This document shows positions 11,297 to 20,238 of a stretch of 64,000 nt of DNA, in pieces (the first letter of the stretch is position 1; each line of letters opens with the position of its first letter). Where the stretch lies: NCBI GenBank assembly GCA_963813715.1, contig CAWFAK010000017.1:448001-512000 (forward strand), in the 5' to 3' direction. This DNA is from an uncultured Planctomycetaceae bacterium (GTDB taxonomy: Bacteria; Planctomycetota; Planctomycetia; Planctomycetales; Planctomycetaceae). The position numbers and the translations under genes were made by a program. The notes below the pieces were generated by a model. That model was not told the origin of the DNA. It saw only the letters and a program-made list of their open reading frames with translations, and did no database searches.

Positions 11297-11989
11297 ATGT
11301 CCGCTGGCTTCTCTTCGCTGAAACAAACTCTGGGCCGCTTCCGCGAGGCGAACAAACCGCGCGAGCCGGTCGAGCGTTGTGAGCTGTGCGGACTGCCGCT
11401 GGCGACCGAACACCGGCACCTGGTGGAGCTCGCCACTCAGCGGCTGATCTGCTCGTGCGAAGCGTGCGGACTGCTCTTTTCTGGCCAGGCGACGAAATAT
11501 CGCCGCGTGCCGCTGCGGTTCTTGCTGCTGCAGGATTTAGTCTTGAGCGACGCGCAGTGGGACAGCCTGTTGATCCCGATCAATATGGCCTTCTTCTTCC
11601 ACAACACGCCGCGCTCGCGGGCGGTGGCGATCTACCCGAGCCCGGCCGGTCCGATGGAGTCGCTGCTGGACTTGTCGTCGTGGAGCGAGCTGGTCGCGGC
11701 CAACCCCGCTCTCCGCACGATGGAACCAGATGTGGAGGCGCTGCTCGTCGATCGGATCAGCCGCAACACGCAGCAGGCCGGCGGCCACGAGCGGACTGGC
11801 GCCGAGGGGCCGCGCTACTTTTTGGTGCCGATCGACGCCTGCTACAAGCTCGTCGGCCTGATCCGCGCGCATTGGCGCGGCCTCTCCGGCGGACAAGAGG
11901 TCTGGCGCGAGATCGAGAAGTTTTTCACGGAGCTCCAAAGCAAATCCCAGGTCATCGACGATCAGTCGCGACGCTTCCCCAACGTTTGA
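11297..11989 (+). CDS. Group 1h-associated accessory protein (DUF5947/HhaA-like) with N-terminal Cys cluster
   Basis: ERCELCG..CSCEAC, IPINMAFFF, YPSPAGPMESLL, VPIDACYKLVGLIRAHWRGLSGG. Position directly after the NifU-like gene. Confidence 0.8.
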   Translation: MSAGFSSLKQTLGRFREANKPREPVERCELCGLPLATEHRHLVELATQRLICSCEACGLLFSGQATKYRRVPLRFLLLQDLVLSDAQWDSLLIPINMAFFFHNTPRSRAVAIYPSPAGPMESLLDLSSWSELVAANPALRTMEPDVEALLVDRISRNTQQAGGHERTGAEGPRYFLVPIDACYKLVGLIRAHWRGLSGGQEVWREIEKFFTELQSKSQVIDDQSRRFPNV

Positions 11990-12033
11990 TGTTTTGCGAC
12001 GCGTTAATGCGTCTCGGTTGAAATGAGCCCAAC

Positions 12034-12717
12034 ATGCCCGACCTGAGTTTCACTATCGCTGCGGCCGAACCGATTAGGTTTGCCGCGGTTCCCACGCTGG
12101 GCTTCCGGCTGGAGGTGGCGCAACCGGCGGGCGGGCAGCCGGTCGAAAACATCCTGCTGCAGGCGCAGATTCAGATCGATACGACGCGGCGCCGCTACAG
12201 CCCCGAGGAACAGGCCGGCCTCCGCGATCTATTCGGCGACATTTCCAATTGGAGCCGCACGCTGCGGACGATGCACTGGACGCACGCAAACGTGTTGGTG
12301 CCGGCGTTCGAGGAACGCATTGCCGTCGATCTCGCTGTCCCTTGCACCTTCGACTTCAACGTGGCGGCCACGAAGTATTTTCACGCGCTCGACGACGGCG
12401 AAGTGCCGCTCACGTTTCTATTCAGCGGCACGGTCTTTTATCGCGATGAAAACGGTGGCCTGCAGATGACGCGGGTCCCCTGGACTAAAGAAGCCCAATA
12501 TCGGCTCACCGCGAGCACCTGGCGGTCGATGATGGACGCCTATTACCCCAACACGGCCTGGCTCTGCCTGCAGCGGGAGACCTTTGAAAAACTCGCCGCG
12601 TGCAAACGCAGCCGCGGTATCCCGACTTGGGAACGCCTCATCGAGGAACTGCTGGCGGCCGATCCCGACGCGGCCCCTGTCATCTCAGCCGCAGGCAACG
12701 GGCACGATCACGCATGA
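12034..12717 (+). CDS. Group 1h-associated accessory protein (DUF6084/HhaB-like)
   Basis: PCTFDFNVAATKYFHAL..PLTFLFSGTVFY..VPWTKEA..YYPNTAWL. Synteny with actinobacterial hhy loci. Confidence 0.8.
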   Translation: MPDLSFTIAAAEPIRFAAVPTLGFRLEVAQPAGGQPVENILLQAQIQIDTTRRRYSPEEQAGLRDLFGDISNWSRTLRTMHWTHANVLVPAFEERIAVDLAVPCTFDFNVAATKYFHALDDGEVPLTFLFSGTVFYRDENGGLQMTRVPWTKEAQYRLTASTWRSMMDAYYPNTAWLCLQRETFEKLAACKRSRGIPTWERLIEELLAADPDAAPVISAAGNGHDHA

Positions 12718-13762
12718 ATCTCGAACTGGCCAAAAAGATCGCCGACGCCGTCCTCTACGAGGGGTACATCCTCTATCCGTACCGCGCGTCGGCCATCAAG
12801 AACCGCCAGCGGTTCAATTTCGGCGTCCTGATGCCCGGCGAATGGGCCGAGCGTCAGCAAGCGGGCGAGACGGGCCGCACGCACGCGGAATGCCTGATCG
12901 AGGGGGATGCTGCCGCGGATCGACGTGCGCGTTCGTTTTCTGCAACTCGTCGCGCGGGAAGTTGGCCGGATTCGTCCCGGCACTGCCCGGCACGGAGCTG
13001 GAAACACCCCAATACGAAATCGTGCCCGAACTCGAAATTGACGGGGAGATCTTGCAGAGCTGGGAAGAAGCCATCGATCGCGAGATCGTGGCGCCGGATC
13101 TCAATCTCTCGCGGCTTGCCGAGGCGCCCTTCACTGTCCGTTGGGAAAGCGAAACCCAGCAATCGAGCGAGACGCTGCGAAATGCGGACGGGCAGATCGT
13201 CGGCGCCATCGTCCGCCGTCACCAGCCGATCCAGGCTGTCGTCACGATTCACTCGGAGCGGCTCGGCGACCACCTGTGGAAGCTAAAGGTCGACGTCGAA
13301 AACGTGACCCGGCTAGCGACCGACGTGCCACGGTTCGAGGCCCAACTGAGTGCGCTGGCGTCGGCCCATGTGCTGCTCGCGGCACAAACGGGGCAGTTCG
13401 TTTCGCTGCTCGAGCCGCCGGACGAACTGGCTGAGGCGGTCGCCGGCTGCCAGAACCGTGGCCTCTGGCCGGTGCTCGTGGGGAGCCACGGCAATCGCGA
13501 TCTGATGCTCGCGTCGCCAATTATTCTGTACGACTATCCGCAGGTGGCGCCCGAGAGCGACGGCGACTATTTCGACGGCACCGAAATGGACGAAATGCTC
13601 GCCCTCCGCGTGATGACGCTGACCGACGACGAAAAGCGGGCGATGCGCGGCGTCGATCGGCGGGCCCGCGAAATTCTCGAACGGACCGAGGCCCTCTCGC
13701 AAGCAAGCCTGATGCATCTGCACGGCACGATTCGCGATTTGAAGGAGGTCGCCAAGCCCTGA
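12714..13762 (+). CDS. Group 1h-associated accessory protein (HhaC-like); frameshift near 12915
   Basis: IADAVLYEGYILYPYRASAIKNRQRFNFG at the N-terminus. SPIILYDYPQVAPES.GDYFDGTEMDEMLALRVMTLTDDEK at the C-terminus. ATGA overlap with the previous gene. Confidence 0.8.
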
Positions 13763-14138
13763 TGCAAGAAATCGATTTCGACAACCTGGAGGGGGGGTCG
13801 CAGCGGCAGGAGAGCGTCCGCGTGTTCGGTGTCGAGCTGCGCCGGGCGACCAGGTTCGCCTCTGGCCCAAGGCCGGTGCCGACATCATGGATCTGGCGCT
13901 CGCGGGCAAGATTGCCACGATCGAAGCCATCGAGACCGACTATGAAGGGCGGACGCATTTGGCCGTCGTCATCGACGATGATCCCGGTCGCGACCTAGGA
14001 ATGCTGCGGCAGCCGGGGCACCGCTTTTTCTTTTCGCTGGCCGAAGTCGAGCCGATGAAACTGCCGGACAACCAGCCGGCGGACAATCAACCGGCGGCCG
14101 ACGCGGGCGATGGGCCGGCACCGAAAGCGACCACCTGA
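13762..14138 (+). CDS. Small conserved hydrogenase-associated protein (frameshift near 13845)
   Basis: DIMDLALAGKIATIEAIETDYEGRTHLAVVIDDDPGRDLG..PGHRFFFSLAEVEP. Overlaps the previous stop codon. Confidence 0.75.
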
Positions 14139-14154
14139 CGGAAGCGACCACGCG

Positions 14155-14754
14155 ATGGACGCAAGTATGCGAGTGCTGATCGCCGGAATCGGGAATATCT
14201 TCCTAGGGGATGATGCATTCGGCAGCGAGGTGGCCCGTCGACTGCAAGCATGCCCCTGGCCGGCCGGCGTCCGCGTCGTCGATTTTGGGATTCGGGGATT
14301 CGATTTGGCTTACGCCCTGTGCGACGGCAACGATCTGACCGTGCTGATCGACGCGACACCGCGCGGCGGGGCGCCGGGCACGATTTATGTCATCGAGCCG
14401 GACCTCTCTGAGCTGTCGGACGATTCCCGTTCAGCGGCCCTGGTCGATGCCCATTCGCTCGATCCAATGCAGGTGCTGCGGATGGCCCACGCGCAAGGCG
14501 GAACCCTCAAAGGGATTGTGCTCGTGGGCTGCGAACCGGCCGACCTGGGTGGTGACGAGGGCCGGCTGGGCCTCAGCGAACTGGTCGCCGCCGCCCTCGA
14601 TGAGGCGTTGGATGTGGTGACTTCGTTGGTACGTAATTTCCTGGATCAGGGAACGATCGGGGGTGAGTCATCATCGGACTCTGCGACCGTCGAGCCGACG
14701 CGCGCGATAGAATCATCCAAAGTAGAGTCAGCCCAACAAGAGGCGCATCACTAA
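14155..14754 (+). CDS. Hydrogenase maturation endopeptidase (HupD/HybD/HycI family)
   Basis: LIAGIGNIFLGDDAFG, DFGIRGFDLAY, LIDA, DAHSLDP, VGCEP. Confidence 0.92.
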   Translation: MDASMRVLIAGIGNIFLGDDAFGSEVARRLQACPWPAGVRVVDFGIRGFDLAYALCDGNDLTVLIDATPRGGAPGTIYVIEPDLSELSDDSRSAALVDAHSLDPMQVLRMAHAQGGTLKGIVLVGCEPADLGGDEGRLGLSELVAAALDEALDVVTSLVRNFLDQGTIGGESSSDSATVEPTRAIESSKVESAQQEAHH

Positions 14755-14766
14755 AGGAGTGCAGTC

Positions 14767-15027
14767 ATGGCGTGGAATCAAGAGTCACGCGGTCATGAAA
14801 TGATTTGTCTGGCCTCGGGCATCGCAATTGGAGTGCTCGGTGCCAGCCTGGTGCTGGGAGACAATGGAACGCGCCGCCGGCTGACGAATGCCCTGGGCGT
14901 GGAGCAGCCCCGGCAGAGCGGTTTTCTCTGGCCGTGGGGAGCGCTCATCGCAGGCGGGGCCGTGGCCGTGGGAGTCGCCAGCATGGCGCCGGAAATCGCG
15001 CGGTACGTGAAGATCGAGATGATGTAA
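14767..15027 (+). CDS. Small membrane protein with two hydrophobic segments and a C-terminal PEIARYVKIEMM motif
   Basis: AAGGAG RBS. Two hydrophobic stretches. Lies inside the hydrogenase operon. Confidence 0.65.
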   Translation: MAWNQESRGHEMICLASGIAIGVLGASLVLGDNGTRRRLTNALGVEQPRQSGFLWPWGALIAGGAVAVGVASMAPEIARYVKIEMM

Positions 15028-15107
15028 GAGGTGCCGGCCGGCGAGTGATGCTGCGGCTAGCTCCTGCGTGGCGTAGCAACGTAAAGAAATACCTGAAATG
15101 AGCTGAC

Positions 15108-15473
15108 GTGCACGAGCTGTCGATCGCCTGCAGTATCATCGACCTGGCGGCGGAGGAGAGCCAACAGCGGGGCGGTGTCGCGGTGCGTGCCGTCCACGTC
15201 CGCCTGGGCCAGCTGTCGGGTGTGGTCAAGTCGGCGCTGCTCTCGGCCTTCGAGCTGGCACAGGAAGATTCGCCCCTGGCTGCGGCGCGGCTGCTGATCG
15301 AAGAGTCGCCGATCGTGATCCATTGTGCGGCCTGCGACGCGGACACGACGCTCGACTGGCCTCGCGAGTTCGAATCGGTCCCCTCGTTTGCCTGCGCTCA
15401 GTGCGGCGTCCCGACGTCCGACATCCGCAGTGGTCGCGAGCTGGAAGTGACCGCGCTGGAGATCGACGCATGA
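15108..15473 (+). CDS. hypA: Nickel metallochaperone HypA
   Basis: MHELSIA (GTG start), GQLSGV, CAAC..CAQC, GREL. Confidence 0.95.
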   Translation: MHELSIACSIIDLAAEESQQRGGVAVRAVHVRLGQLSGVVKSALLSAFELAQEDSPLAAARLLIEESPIVIHCAACDADTTLDWPREFESVPSFACAQCGVPTSDIRSGRELEVTALEIDA

Positions 15474-16192
15474 GCGCGCACACCCGCATCGTGGAGATTC
15501 GCACCAAGATCCTGAAGCAGAACGACGTCGCCGCCCGGGCCCTGCGTGAGCGGTTCGAGTCGGCCGGCGTGTTCACCGTCAGCTTTGTGTCGAGCCCCGG
15601 CTCAGGCAAAACAATGCTGCTTGAAAAGACGCTGGTGGCGCTCCGCGAACAGTACCGCGTGGCGGCGCTCGTCGGCGACCTGGCGACCGACAACGACGCC
15701 CGCCGCCTGGCACGGTCGGAAGTTCCCGTGCGACAGATCACGACGGGCACCGTCTGCCATCTCGAGGCCGAAATGGTGCGGACGGCCCTCGACGATTGGT
15801 CGCTCGAGGAGCTGGACTTTCTGTTCATCGAGAACGTCGGCAACCTGGTCTGCCCGGCGAGCTACGACTTGGGCGAGGCGATGCGGGTTGTCGTCTTTTC
15901 CGTGACCGAGGGGGAAGACAAGCCGCTCAAATACCCGACGATTTTCAACACTGCCGACGTCGCCGTTATCACGAAGGCCGACCTGGCGGCCGCGGTCGAC
16001 TTCGACGCTGCGGAGGCCCTCAAGAACATTGAGGCCGTGCGCCCCGGGATGCAGGTGCTGACCGTTTCGGCCAAGCGCGGCGAAGGCATGAGCGAATGGC
16101 TCCGCTTGCTGTCGGATCGTCGCCGGGAGGCGAGGCCGGCGCCGGACAAGCTGGCAGCTTGTCCTACGGAGGCGGAGCTGCGCAGCCCGTAG
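15470..16192 (+). CDS. hypB: Nickel-incorporation GTPase HypB
   Basis: SSPGSGKT, GDLATDND, CHLEA, IENVGNLVCPA, VTEGEDKPLKYP, TKAD. ATGA overlap with hypA. Confidence 0.96.
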   Translation: MSAHTRIVEIRTKILKQNDVAARALRERFESAGVFTVSFVSSPGSGKTMLLEKTLVALREQYRVAALVGDLATDNDARRLARSEVPVRQITTGTVCHLEAEMVRTALDDWSLEELDFLFIENVGNLVCPASYDLGEAMRVVVFSVTEGEDKPLKYPTIFNTADVAVITKADLAAAVDFDAAEALKNIEAVRPGMQVLTVSAKRGEGMSEWLRLLSDRRREARPAPDKLAACPTEAELRSP

Positions 16193-16208
16193 GGCAAGCT
16201 GATAGCTG
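16144..16208. repeat. Two REP-like family A copies overlapping the 3' end of hypB
   Basis: 16144-16167 is the reverse complement of GTAGGACAAGCTGCCAGCTTGTCC. A degenerate GTAGGGCAAGCTGATAGCT starts at 16189. Confidence 0.8.
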
Positions 16209-16276
16209 GTGATGCTTCTCCGGTGACGAGGTCACGGGACTGAATCCCTGGATCCTGAGCGGAGCCGCGATTCGGT

Positions 16277-16720
16277 TCAGGCCGATTCGCCTGCGGGCGC
16301 CAGCGTGCAGGCGAACTCCAGCGAACAGCAGGTTTGGCCGTCGACTTCGGCGCGGCCGCGGAGGAACCAGGCCTTCGCGATCTTTTCCGTCAGTTCGACG
16401 TGGATATCGAGCGTGTCACCGGGCCGGACCATGCGGCGGAACTTGACGTTGTTGAGCCGGCCGACGACGGGCACATGATCCGCGGGCCCTGCGTCGAGCG
16501 TGGCGATCAAGAGCGCGCCGGCTTGCATGGTCGCTTCGCAGACGAGCACTCCGGGCAGCACGGGAAACCCGGGGTAGTGCCCGCTGAATACGTCGAGCCC
16601 GGGATCGAGAAACTTGCGGGCGTGGATGCTGGTCGGCGAGTTGTCCACGACCTCATCAATCCACAAGAAGGGCGGCCGATGGGGAATGAGCCGCTCGATT
16701 TCCTGGCGATTCATGCCCAT
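16277..16720 (-). CDS. FabZ/FabA-like 3-hydroxyacyl-ACP dehydratase (hotdog fold)
   Basis: LIPHRPPFLWID, FSGHYPGFPVLPGVLVCEATMQ (His/Glu dyad), VKFRRMVRPGD. Confidence 0.9.
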   Translation of the reverse strand: MGMNRQEIERLIPHRPPFLWIDEVVDNSPTSIHARKFLDPGLDVFSGHYPGFPVLPGVLVCEATMQAGALLIATLDAGPADHVPVVGRLNNVKFRRMVRPGDTLDIHVELTEKIAKAWFLRGRAEVDGQTCCSLEFACTLAPAGESA

Positions 16721-16730
16721 GGCGCGGCTC

Positions 16731-18158
16731 TTACACGCTCGCGACGGCGGGCGTGAGATACTTGTCGACTTCGTTGGCGACGATCACGCCGTAGTTCATC
16801 GCCCCCAGCCAGCCCGACATGATGATTCCCACCGACCCCGAATGGAACAGTCCGGCGACCTGCTCGGGGAGCTGCTTGCTCACCTTGAGGCCCTCGAACT
16901 TGGTGCCGAACGAGGCCCCCTGCTGATGCCGCGTGTAATGTTCGAACGTTCGCGGCGTCGAGGCTTCCATGTGGTCGATCTTCTCGCGGATGCCCGGCAC
17001 ATAGCGCTCGAGGCAGTCGAGCGTCGTCTGCTCCAGGTCGTGCTTCGACGCGGCGTATTCTTCTTCAGAGAGCGAGGCCCAGTCGGAGTAATTTGCGTTG
17101 GTCGACGAGACGACCACAAAACGATCGCTGCCGGGCCGCGTGTTCGGGTAATAAAACGAGAACGTCCGGCTGCTGACGTGGCGGCTGAGCATGGCGTTGA
17201 TGTCGAAGCCGCGATGTTCCGAGTGGAACAAGAGATCGCCGCAGGGCTCGAAGCCGACGCCCGGCTTAAGCGCCATATAGACCTGGCAGCTGCTGTTGTT
17301 GAGTCGTACGGCCCGCGTTTCCTCGACGAAACTCGGGTCGAGGTGCTCTGGCCCGACCAGTTTGAGGATCGTGGTTTTGAGGTTGGCGTTGGAGACGATG
17401 GACCGCGCGCCAATGCGGCGGCCGTTGACGATCAAACCGGTCGCCCGCCGGCACGAATCGACCTCGATCTTCTCCACCAGGCAGCGGATCCGCACATCGA
17501 CGCCGTTTTTCACCAGCTCGTCGCGAATCTGGCCGATGAGGCGGTCGGTGCCCCCCTCGAATGTGTAGACGCCGTTCTGCATGAAGTTCGAGAAAACGAT
17601 GCCGTAAGTGATCGCCGGGTCTTCGAGGGTCGAGCCGTTGGCGTACGTGATGGGCTCCATCAGCAAGCGGACGACGTCGTCCCGGCCGGGGAAGAACTCG
17701 TCGAAGAGCTCGCGGACGGTTTTCGACTGGTCGTCGTAAAAGTTCATGCCGCGGGCCATGTCGAAGAATCGAGCGACGACCTCGGGAGCGATGCCGAATC
17801 GCTCGATCAACAGGCGAGTGAAGTCCTGCCGGTCGAAGGTCGTTTGCAGCGAGAACTGCGGGTTCTCGAAGCGCACGCCTTTGAGCTGGACGATCGAGTC
17901 GGCAATTTCGCGAGTCCAGTACTTGCGGCAGCTCTTGATCATGCCGTACGGAAAACCGTGCAGCGAGATATCGAAGATGTGCCCGTTTTGCCGCTTGAAC
18001 CAGGTGGCCATCCCGCCCAGCTGGTAGTGATGCTCGAGCAGGAGCACTGAGTGTCCCGCGCGGGCGAGCGTGTTGGCCGCGGTCAGCCCGGCCAGTCCGG
18101 CGCCGATGACGACGACGTCGTATTCGTCGCGGACGTCTTTCAGGAAGTCTTTAGACAT
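16731..18158 (-). CDS. Phytoene dehydrogenase-like FAD/NAD(P)-dependent oxidoreductase
   Basis: Rossmann [44 protein letters not shown]. Confidence 0.88.
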   Translation of the reverse strand: MSKDFLKDVRDEYDVVVIGAGLAGLTAANTLARAGHSVLLLEHHYQLGGMATWFKRQNGHIFDISLHGFPYGMIKSCRKYWTREIADSIVQLKGVRFENPQFSLQTTFDRQDFTRLLIERFGIAPEVVARFFDMARGMNFYDDQSKTVRELFDEFFPGRDDVVRLLMEPITYANGSTLEDPAITYGIVFSNFMQNGVYTFEGGTDRLIGQIRDELVKNGVDVRIRCLVEKIEVDSCRRATGLIVNGRRIGARSIVSNANLKTTILKLVGPEHLDPSFVEETRAVRLNNSSCQVYMALKPGVGFEPCGDLLFHSEHRGFDINAMLSRHVSSRTFSFYYPNTRPGSDRFVVVSSTNANYSDWASLSEEEYAASKHDLEQTTLDCLERYVPGIREKIDHMEASTPRTFEHYTRHQQGASFGTKFEGLKVSKQLPEQVAGLFHSGSVGIIMSGWLGAMNYGVIVANEVDKYLTPAVASV

Positions 18159-19377
18159 GGAGCTTCGAATTCGCTTCTTCGAGGACTGCGGCGATTGCCT
18201 CGCACAGCGGGCGGACGTTGTCGGTCGTCATTCCGGCGACATTGATCCGACCGGAACCGACGATGTAAATGGCGTGGTCGTCGCGGAGCCGTCGCACTTG
18301 CTCGGAGTTGAGCCCGGAAAAGGAGAACATGCCGCGTTGCCGGGCGACGAACGAGAAATCTCGCTCGACGCCGACGTCGGCCAGCGTGCGGACGAACAGG
18401 CTGCGCATGCCGTTGATCCGCTCGCGGATGTCGCGGACTTCGGTGTCCCACAGGGCTCGCAGTTGGGGATCGTCGAGGATCGTGGTGACGATCGCCGCAC
18501 CGTGGGCCGGCGGATTCGAGTAGTTGGTGCGGATGCAGGCCTTCAACTGGCTGAGCACGGCCTGGGCCGCGGCCTCGGTGTGACAAAGGGCCGTCAGCGC
18601 CCCGACCCGTTCGCTATAGAGCCCGAAATTCTTGGAGAAGGAACTGGCCACGAGTAGGTCGCAACCGGCCCGCGTCAGGGCGGCGACACCGGTCGCGTCC
18701 TCCCGAATTCCGTCGGCCAGTCCCTGGTAGGCGAAGTCGACAAACGGCAACAGGCCCCGCAAGGCGACCAGCTCGGCAATCTGCCGCCATTGTTCGGCCG
18801 TCGGGTCGAGGCCGGTCGGGTTGTGGCAACACCCGTGCAGGAGGACGACGTCCCCCGCCGGAATCTCCGCGAGGGCGGCGATCATCTGCTCGAAGGCGAG
18901 CGTGTTGCCGGACGAGTCGAAGTAGGGATAGGTGGCGACCTTCAGGCCGGCCGCCTGAAACACGCCCGGGTGGTTGGGCCAGGTCGGCTCGCTCAGCCAG
19001 ACTTTCGTTTCGGGGTAGAGCTTTTTGAGGAAGTCGGCCGCCACGCGGAGGGCGCCGGTGCCGCCCGGCGTGTGGACGGTGGCTGTTCGCCGCGCCGCGA
19101 CCGCCGGATGGTTGGGGCCGAACAGGAGATCCTGCACGACGCGGCCGTATTGTTCGGTCCCCTCGATCCCGAGATAGGTTTTGGTTTTCTCGTTTTCGAG
19201 GATGCGGGATTCGGCCTGTTTGACGGTGCGCAGGATGGGCGTTTTGCCTGTAGCGTCCTTATAAATACCGGCGCTCAGGTTAATTTTTCCCGGACGTGAA
19301 TCGCGCGAGAAGGCTTCATTGAGGCCGAGAATGGCGTCGTCGGGCGCCTTGGCGACGGAATCGAAATCGAAAGTCAT
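18151..19377 (-). CDS. aspC: Aspartate/aromatic amino-acid aminotransferase (PLP, class I)
   Basis: [45 protein letters not shown]. Confidence 0.93.
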   Translation of the reverse strand: MTFDFDSVAKAPDDAILGLNEAFSRDSRPGKINLSAGIYKDATGKTPILRTVKQAESRILENEKTKTYLGIEGTEQYGRVVQDLLFGPNHPAVAARRTATVHTPGGTGALRVAADFLKKLYPETKVWLSEPTWPNHPGVFQAAGLKVATYPYFDSSGNTLAFEQMIAALAEIPAGDVVLLHGCCHNPTGLDPTAEQWRQIAELVALRGLLPFVDFAYQGLADGIREDATGVAALTRAGCDLLVASSFSKNFGLYSERVGALTALCHTEAAAQAVLSQLKACIRTNYSNPPAHGAAIVTTILDDPQLRALWDTEVRDIRERINGMRSLFVRTLADVGVERDFSFVARQRGMFSFSGLNSEQVRRLRDDHAIYIVGSGRINVAGMTTDNVRPLCEAIAAVLEEANSKLHV

Positions 19378-19658
19378 GTGAATTCAAACTCACTTGCGGC
19401 CGCGCGGTGAACGGCGACGGCCGGATGACCTTGGCTGAGCTGCGGACGCTTGAACCCCGGACACTGCAAGATATAAGGACACGCCAGCCAAGAAAAGGAC
19501 TCGCCGGGCGCGGCGCCCGGTCCTCAAATTTCGGATTTCGCATGCCGAAAGTCCAGAGCGAACGGCGTGCGGGGGCTTTTTGCGCCGTCCGCAGAGCGCC
19601 CCGGAGCGACTTGCGACCAGCCTCGTTTGCCAAACCGCTTGCCGGGGAAGGATTTCGC

Positions 19659-19687
19659 TTGACCAGTTTTTTCGATCGCACTATAAG
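19659..19687 (+). promoter_or_regulatory. Putative sigma70-type promoter
   Basis: TTGACC (19659-19664), 17-bp spacer, TATAAG (19682-19687), upstream of the small basic protein gene. Confidence 0.6.
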
Positions 19688-19883
19688 TCCGCCCCTCGCT
19701 TGTGCCGCAACTCCCCTCTTTGATCCAGTCGCGACGCAAGCGCAGCAGGTTGCATCTCGGCGTCTTTGAACCAGGAGCTGCGACGAATCTCGAGCATGGG
19801 CTGTTTTGCTTTTTTTGGGGTGCCGATGTGAAACCAGCCCTGATTCGGTAGCGCCCGATCCGACAACCAAAGGAGATGGCGAA

Positions 19884-20021
19884 ATGGCAGCGAAAACGAA
19901 GTCGAAGAAGAGCTCGGCGAAGAAGCGCGTCGTGAAGAAGTCGACGAAGACTCGCACCGGAGCCCACAAGTCGCACAAGGCCAAGAGCGGCGCGAAGAAA
20001 GTCGCCCGCAGCCACAAGTAA
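19884..20021 (+). CDS. 45-aa lysine-rich histone H1-like small protein
   Basis: AAGGAG RBS. MAAKTKSKKSSAKKRVVKKSTKTRTGAHKSHKAKSGAKKVARSHK has 15 K, 3 R and no D/E. Followed by a terminator. Confidence 0.8.
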   Translation: MAAKTKSKKSSAKKRVVKKSTKTRTGAHKSHKAKSGAKKVARSHK

Positions 20022-20090
20022 GACCTTGCAGAGCGCGGATCGCGCGGGTTGCCTGTGTCGCGCCCGCCCCGACATCCGGCTCGATTTCTC

Positions 20091-20132
20091 AAAAAACAGG
20101 CCGAGCGAGTTCATCGCCCGGCCTGTTTTTTT
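20091..20132. terminator. Rho-independent terminator (potentially bidirectional)
   Basis: AAAAAA-CAGGCCGAGCGA-gttca-TCGCCCGGCCTG-TTTTTTT. Confidence 0.85.
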
Positions 20133-20238
20133 CGCTTCTGCCGCTAGCCCCAGAGCCATTCTCTGAGGGAATGCCCCCAGCGTTCGACGCCGGGGCGCGC
20201 GCTGATTAAAATGCAGCCACTCGCTGAGGAGTGGAAGC

